Of a DNA stretch of 64,000 bases, positions 60,379-64,000 are shown piece after piece. The notes under the pieces are model-generated. The model was not told where the DNA came from. It saw nothing but the letters and a program-made list of their open reading frames with translations, and searched no databases. The stretch is taken from positions 32,001 through 96,000 of IMG/VR virus record IMGVR_UViG_3300008740_000001; one strand, given 5' to 3'. The stretch comes from a virus (lineage: Duplodnaviria > Caudoviricetes). The translations under genes and the position numbers were made by a program. Within the stretch, counting starts at the first letter, position 1. The number at the start of each line of letters is the position of its first letter.

Positions 60379-61641
60379 ATGTCTGTTTATAAATTCGAGC
60401 GCGGCGACATATTTCACAATCAGATAAAGACTTATCCTAAGTTTAGCTTTTTTGTATATAACAACAAAATATACATAAACAACAAGACTAATATAAGTGG
60501 TTCGTTTACTGACAGCACGCCCGGCGCAGACGGCGACGGGGGTCGCACTGTAGAAACTGGCCACGTTAGCCTTTACGAAATGAACGTAGATAGAGCGAAG
60601 TCCAACACGGGCCGCACCATATTCTATGACGACGTAAGAGATACCGGGATCATATATCCTTTTATCACCAAAGACGGCACCTTAAGTGCATTTAAGACAG
60701 TTTCTGCCGGCAGCTTTGCGACTTTTGGGTATGGCACCGTCATGTCATCAAGCTATCCGATGACATCTAGCCTCACCAGAGATTTTTATCAGCAAGGAAC
60801 TTCACGCAAGCACATCACTGCACTTAAGAATACACTGAATTATTACACGCCCTTGAGTGATCACTATGCGTTCACCTCTTCTCTAGGAGACAAGAGCACT
60901 CAGGATCTCTGCATGATTAGTATCCCTTCGATTTTATATGGCTCATCGATAAAGAAAGGTTCGGTATCGCTAAAATTTTATTTGTCGGGCGCCCTCTTAG
61001 CAGAACTACAAGATCGTGATCGCAATGGAGAACTAATACAGGTTTCTGGTACAACTTACGCACAAGCACAGGGTTCTGGCTCTGTGGCGGGCGTCATACT
61101 GTATAATGAGGGGTTTATTCTTCTTACGGGCAGTTGGCCTCTTGAAGATCCGACTACTGAAAAACGTGACTTTTTAAATGACCCCACAGATCATCGCTCT
61201 AGCGCTTGGAAGTACTGGGGCACTTCAATGCCAAGTGATGGTTATTCGGTTCCTGAATCTGGCCAGACATTAGGCTGGGTTTCCTATGGCTTAGATTATC
61301 GAGGAACCAACTACGTTCCTGTGCTTACTATGTTGGCTCACGCTCCAAAGGGAGAATTGAATTATTCTAATAATCCAACATTTATTAAACACGGCCAGCG
61401 ACGAAAAATGACGCCTATAACTGGTTCGCGAGTTTATAGAGAAGTAGACACAATATCTGCCAAAAATACAATGAGTTCTAGCTATGCAGATCCGACCGGA
61501 AGTTACCAAAAACAGACTTTTATAACAAAGATTGGTTTATACGACGCAAACAATAATTTAATCGCGGTCGCAAATTTAGCAAATCCAGTGAAAAAGTTAG
61601 AAGAATTAGATTATACTTTTAAACTGAAGTTAGATTTTTAG
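60379..61641 (+). CDS. Virion structural protein, paralog of the 58448 gene
   Basis: SIKKGSV, GVILYNEG, GELNYSNNPTF and FITKIGLYDANNNLIAVANLANPVKK motifs. Confidence 0.6.
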   Translation: MSVYKFERGDIFHNQIKTYPKFSFFVYNNKIYINNKTNISGSFTDSTPGADGDGGRTVETGHVSLYEMNVDRAKSNTGRTIFYDDVRDTGIIYPFITKDGTLSAFKTVSAGSFATFGYGTVMSSSYPMTSSLTRDFYQQGTSRKHITALKNTLNYYTPLSDHYAFTSSLGDKSTQDLCMISIPSILYGSSIKKGSVSLKFYLSGALLAELQDRDRNGELIQVSGTTYAQAQGSGSVAGVILYNEGFILLTGSWPLEDPTTEKRDFLNDPTDHRSSAWKYWGTSMPSDGYSVPESGQTLGWVSYGLDYRGTNYVPVLTMLAHAPKGELNYSNNPTFIKHGQRRKMTPITGSRVYREVDTISAKNTMSSSYADPTGSYQKQTFITKIGLYDANNNLIAVANLANPVKKLEELDYTFKLKLDF

Positions 61642-61649
61642 GAGAAAGA

Positions 61650-62063
61650 ATGTCTATAAAAATGCACAAACATGTAAAAACCGCTTGGGTGACCAAATGG
61701 TCACAGGTCTCAAAGCCTTGGGGTCACGAAATGATATGGTCTAGTTTTTCGGCCGGCCATGGAAAGATGCTCTCGCTTTTAAAGGACAACAGGACCAGTC
61801 TAAAGTACAATCCACAGAAGAATGAATCTTTGATTGTACTTACCGGCAAGGTGTTGGCGAAGTTCGGAGATGAGCACACTTTACAGGATCTGGTAGCTCA
61901 CCCTTGGCAAGAGATTATATTAGAACCCGGAATGACCCTCAACGTCCAGTCGGGTTGTCCTTACCGTCTCACCGCGATAGAAGATTCTACCATAATTGAG
62001 ATCGGTAGTCACTTGACAGATGTCCCAATTCGCATCGAAGATGACTATGGGCGCGCCGAATGA
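61650..62063 (+). CDS. Cupin (PMI-like, metal ligands apparently degenerate)
   Basis: VSKPWGHEMIW...RTSLKYNPQKNES...IIEIG...IRIEDDYGR. Confidence 0.7.
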   Translation: MSIKMHKHVKTAWVTKWSQVSKPWGHEMIWSSFSAGHGKMLSLLKDNRTSLKYNPQKNESLIVLTGKVLAKFGDEHTLQDLVAHPWQEIILEPGMTLNVQSGCPYRLTAIEDSTIIEIGSHLTDVPIRIEDDYGRAE

Positions 62064-62620
62064 TAGTCGGATTAGATATCTCTACAAGCATTTCGGGCGT
62101 AACTGTACTTGACGAAGAAGGAACAATGATTCATAATGAAGCATGGGACACCAGAAAGTACAAAAACATATTTGAAAAAACCACCTATGTCAAAGAGAAG
62201 ATTCTCGACCTTTATGATGAATACGGGCCTGACATTTTTGATTCTCGCCGCGATGGTGTTCAGCATATATTTATCGAGCAAAACTTACAATCTTTCCGAA
62301 GCGGATTCTCATCAGCAAAAACTTTATCTACTTTATCTAAATTCAACGGGATTGTGTCGTGGCTGTGTTATGACACCTTTGAGATAGAGCCGGAATATAT
62401 TGCAGCCACAACAGCTAGGAAGCTCAACGGCATCAGAATTCCTAGAGGGACTAAGGCAAAAAAGGTTGTGATGCAGCACGTTATCGATAAGAATCTCATA
62501 GAAGTAGAGTTTACTCCAGCCGGCAATCCTCGACCGGAATATTATGATAGGGCAGATTCATTGATTATTGCAAAAGCGGGATACTATTTATTGCAAAAGG
62601 AAGCGGAAAATGAGACGTGA
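62060..62620 (+). CDS. RuvC-like Holliday junction resolvase (RNase H fold)
   Basis: IVGLDISTSISGV, IFIEQ and YDRADSLIIA supply the acidic catalytic residues. Confidence 0.8.
   Translation: MIVGLDISTSISGVTVLDEEGTMIHNEAWDTRKYKNIFEKTTYVKEKILDLYDEYGPDIFDSRRDGVQHIFIEQNLQSFRSGFSSAKTLSTLSKFNGIVSWLCYDTFEIEPEYIAATTARKLNGIRIPRGTKAKKVVMQHVIDKNLIEVEFTPAGNPRPEYYDRADSLIIAKAGYYLLQKEAENET
62584..62590 (+). promoter_or_regulatory. Candidate late promoter element CTATTTA
   Basis: 26 nt upstream of ATG 62610, inside the 3' end of the RuvC-like gene. Confidence 0.4.
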
Positions 62621-63488
62621 TCTATTTTATGAAAATTGGCGTAACTTCTTACTGAAAGAAGAGACAACTTTACAGAACTTACCAGACGAAGTTTTGTATT
62701 TGATCTTTTCTAAAGAAATTACGGCTATGCTACACGATAGAACGTTGAACGAAGTCGAGTCTTTAGAAACAAAGGCCAAGCGGATAGCTAAGAAATATGG
62801 TCTTCCGATAGCGCTGGCAATGGGATTACTTACTGGCACTGTGGGGCATGAAGTTGTCAAGGCTTTTCAAGATGCATCGGCAGACACCTCAGCAGAGATT
62901 GTAGACGACACACCCAGCGGCTATTGGAACAACTACGATCTGCCGCCCGGATATGACGACTTGTCAAACAAGGAGGCCATGGATACGGCTTGGAAGCAAT
63001 ATGAGGGCAGAAGCTGGCAACAGGCGCCAGTTGACGGCTCGTATCCGCTCATCCGCAATGGTCAGGTTATGAATGTACCCTTTGCCTATTTGCCAGCTTC
63101 TGAAATCAGTGATGATGATGTGTTGCCAATGGCACTCATCACCGCCGGCCAATATAGGGAAGCACTAGTTAACCAGCTTGAATCCGGCAACCCAAAAGAG
63201 GTTGTGTACCTAAAGAAAATGCTTTATGGAAACACGGGGAAGTGGGCATCGGGTGAAGGGAACGCAGATTTTAGATTTCACAATGATACAAACCCTCAAC
63301 TTCCGCCAGAGTGGTCAATTGCGCATGATGTTTATGCGTCTGCTGTTGAGGACCGTGCGAATAACTTGATAGAATATATAAATGAAAATCCAGAGCAACG
63401 CCCCGAAATTGCCGAAATGTTAGGCCTTCAAGGTGAAGAACAACTAGAAGATTATTTTAATCACTTATTTTACGGAATTCAAAGATAA
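62610..63488 (+). CDS. Hypothetical protein with an N-terminal ENWRxFLxxE motif and one hydrophobic segment
   Basis: MRRDLFYENWRNFLLKEE. Start set at ATG 62610, which overlaps the upstream gene. Hydrophobic segment YGLPIALAMGLLTGTVG. Confidence 0.65.
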   Translation: MRRDLFYENWRNFLLKEETTLQNLPDEVLYLIFSKEITAMLHDRTLNEVESLETKAKRIAKKYGLPIALAMGLLTGTVGHEVVKAFQDASADTSAEIVDDTPSGYWNNYDLPPGYDDLSNKEAMDTAWKQYEGRSWQQAPVDGSYPLIRNGQVMNVPFAYLPASEISDDDVLPMALITAGQYREALVNQLESGNPKEVVYLKKMLYGNTGKWASGEGNADFRFHNDTNPQLPPEWSIAHDVYASAVEDRANNLIEYINENPEQRPEIAEMLGLQGEEQLEDYFNHLFYGIQR

Positions 63489-63501
63489 TTATAAAAAAAG
63501 C

Positions 63502-63530
63502 TTGACTCTCAACACTGCATGTGTTAGATT
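63502..63530 (+). promoter_or_regulatory. Sigma70-type promoter (host RNAP, early/middle)
   Basis: TTGACT (63502-63507), 17-nt spacer, then TG-n-TAGATT (63525-63530). Upstream A-tract. RBS caggaga before ATG 63549. Confidence 0.75.
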
Positions 63531-63548
63531 ATAGTTACAGGAGAAATT

Positions 63549-63710
63549 ATGACTAAACATCTTAAAGTGTTTTTGAGCGGATTCATCTTAGGCTTGTGTC
63601 TTACTTATGTGTTCGCTTCCGGTGCTTCGGAAGAGATCATCTATATTGATGAAGCAAAGTACAACGACCAGAGTGTAGACAAGTTGGTTGAACTTGAATT
63701 GCCGCAGTGA
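63549..63710 (+). CDS. 53-aa small protein with signal peptide/TM helix (absent from the ORF track)
   Basis: MTKHLKVFLSGFILGLCLTYVFASGASEEIIYIDEAKYNDQSVDKLVELELPQ*. Good RBS, directly behind the promoter. Confidence 0.6.
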   Translation: MTKHLKVFLSGFILGLCLTYVFASGASEEIIYIDEAKYNDQSVDKLVELELPQ

Positions 63711-63713
63711 TTA

Positions 63714-64000
63714 ATGCACGACAAGATCAAGATCGTCACCCAGATTTTGGGTAGATCGTATACATCTGGCGACGAACGACTGTATTTCTGTCCTTATTGC
63801 AAACACCATAAACGCAAACTGTCGGTTAACATCGAACGAGACGTTTACAAGTGTTGGATATGTGATGCCCGTGGAAGGTCAGTTCGTCGCATTGTCCGCC
63901 GGTTCGGCAATTTCACACAATTGCAAGAGTGGGATGCGCTGCATGGCCGTACTAATTTAAGTGATTTCGATAATCTGTTTTCGGACGACATACCCGAAAG
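63714..64000 (+). CDS. DNA primase, N-terminal zinc-binding domain (partial, runs off the window)
   Basis: MHDKIKIVTQILG...LYFCPYCKHHKRKLSVNIERDVYKCWICDARG (CHC2-like Zn finger). Confidence 0.75.
   Translation, partial: MHDKIKIVTQILGRSYTSGDERLYFCPYCKHHKRKLSVNIERDVYKCWICDARGRSVRRIVRRFGNFTQLQEWDALHGRTNLSDFDNLFSDDIPE

Larger units (their letters stand above)
1073..63149. repeat. Dispersed, highly iterated 6-bp palindromes GCCGGC and GGCGCC
   Basis: Hand count of roughly 55 GCCGGC and roughly 45 GGCGCC, e.g. 1073, 5048, 13780-13791, 24661-24669, 32714-32722, 63144. About 5-8 each are expected at a sampled GC in the low-to-mid 40s %. Confidence 0.75.

Noticed and set aside
6008-62609. Track start codons at 6008, 6786, 11903, 16861, 17279, 21496 and 62568
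   Set aside because: They create long overlaps or use TTG/GTG without an RBS. Downstream in-frame ATGs (6095, 6858, 11906, 16951, 17282, 21514, 62610) mostly couple to upstream stops.
125-63152. Minus-strand and nested alternative-frame ORFs in the track (e.g. 125-616, 23453-23878, 52011-52460, 59885-60319)
   Set aside because: All lie inside longer + strand genes with recognisable motifs, and they lack RBSs or family signatures. They are shadow ORFs.
63549-63710. Lipoprotein/o-spanin call for the 53-aa protein
   Set aside because: The Cys is preceded by G-L (ILGLC), which is not a canonical lipobox, and no lysis cassette is adjacent.
1-64000. Eukaryotic giant virus (NCLDV) origin, suggested by the glycan genes
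   Set aside because: Shine-Dalgarno RBSs, overlapping operonic genes, a sigma70 promoter, a sigma factor and contractile-tail baseplate genes point to a bacteriophage.
1-64000. Stop-codon reassignment (as in some huge phages)
   Set aside because: Standard code gives near-complete coding density including 7.5 kb and 14.2 kb ORFs, and TAA, TGA and TAG all terminate well-bounded genes.
1-64000. CRISPR array, tRNA/rRNA genes, DGR/retron, integrase or IS
   Set aside because: Intergenic gaps are all under ~60 nt, I found no spaced direct repeats, and there is no RT, transposase or integrase motif.

Overview
Fragment of a very large tailed (myovirus-like) bacteriophage genome. All credible genes are on the + strand and tightly packed, with many ATGA/TAATG overlaps and Shine-Dalgarno-type RBSs. 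(1) 1-19990: a ~20 kb glycan biosynthesis and modification cluster. It has three tandem GT4s, a short NeuB-type synthase, two NeuA-type cytidylyltransferases, three GT42/GT29/Maf-fold putative nonulosonate transferases, GT2- and GT8-like enzymes, an SIS-HAD fusion, a form IV RuBisCO-like protein, two sulfotransferases, two methyltransferases, two Fe/2OG-type dioxygenases, an NTP-sugar transferase, cupins, an RmlB-like dehydratase and a GDPD-like protein. No flippase, polymerase or membrane priming transferase is visible. (2) 19977-21798: small genes plus a gp55-like sigma factor. (3) 21798-61641: baseplate/tail module with a gp5-like OB fold fused to an L,D-transpeptidase-like domain, an HxH-tipped spike, a 2522-aa protein, gp25, gp6, a DNRLRE protein, a 4753-aa multi-LamG protein, tail-collar-like paralogs and a J-domain protein. 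(4) 61650-64000: cupin, RuvC-like nuclease, an ENWR-motif protein, a sigma70-type promoter and the start of a primase. Leading hypothesis (inference): a phage-encoded virion glycosylation system, in which soluble nonulosonate/sulfated-glycan enzymes act on tail proteins that are strongly enriched in a [S/T]-[G/A]-S motif. Other notable signals are the RuBisCO-like protein in this sugar locus, strong over-representation of GCCGGC/GGCGCC palindromes, and a CTA(A/T)TTA candidate late promoter. All family assignments come from motif recognition by eye. No database searches were run.
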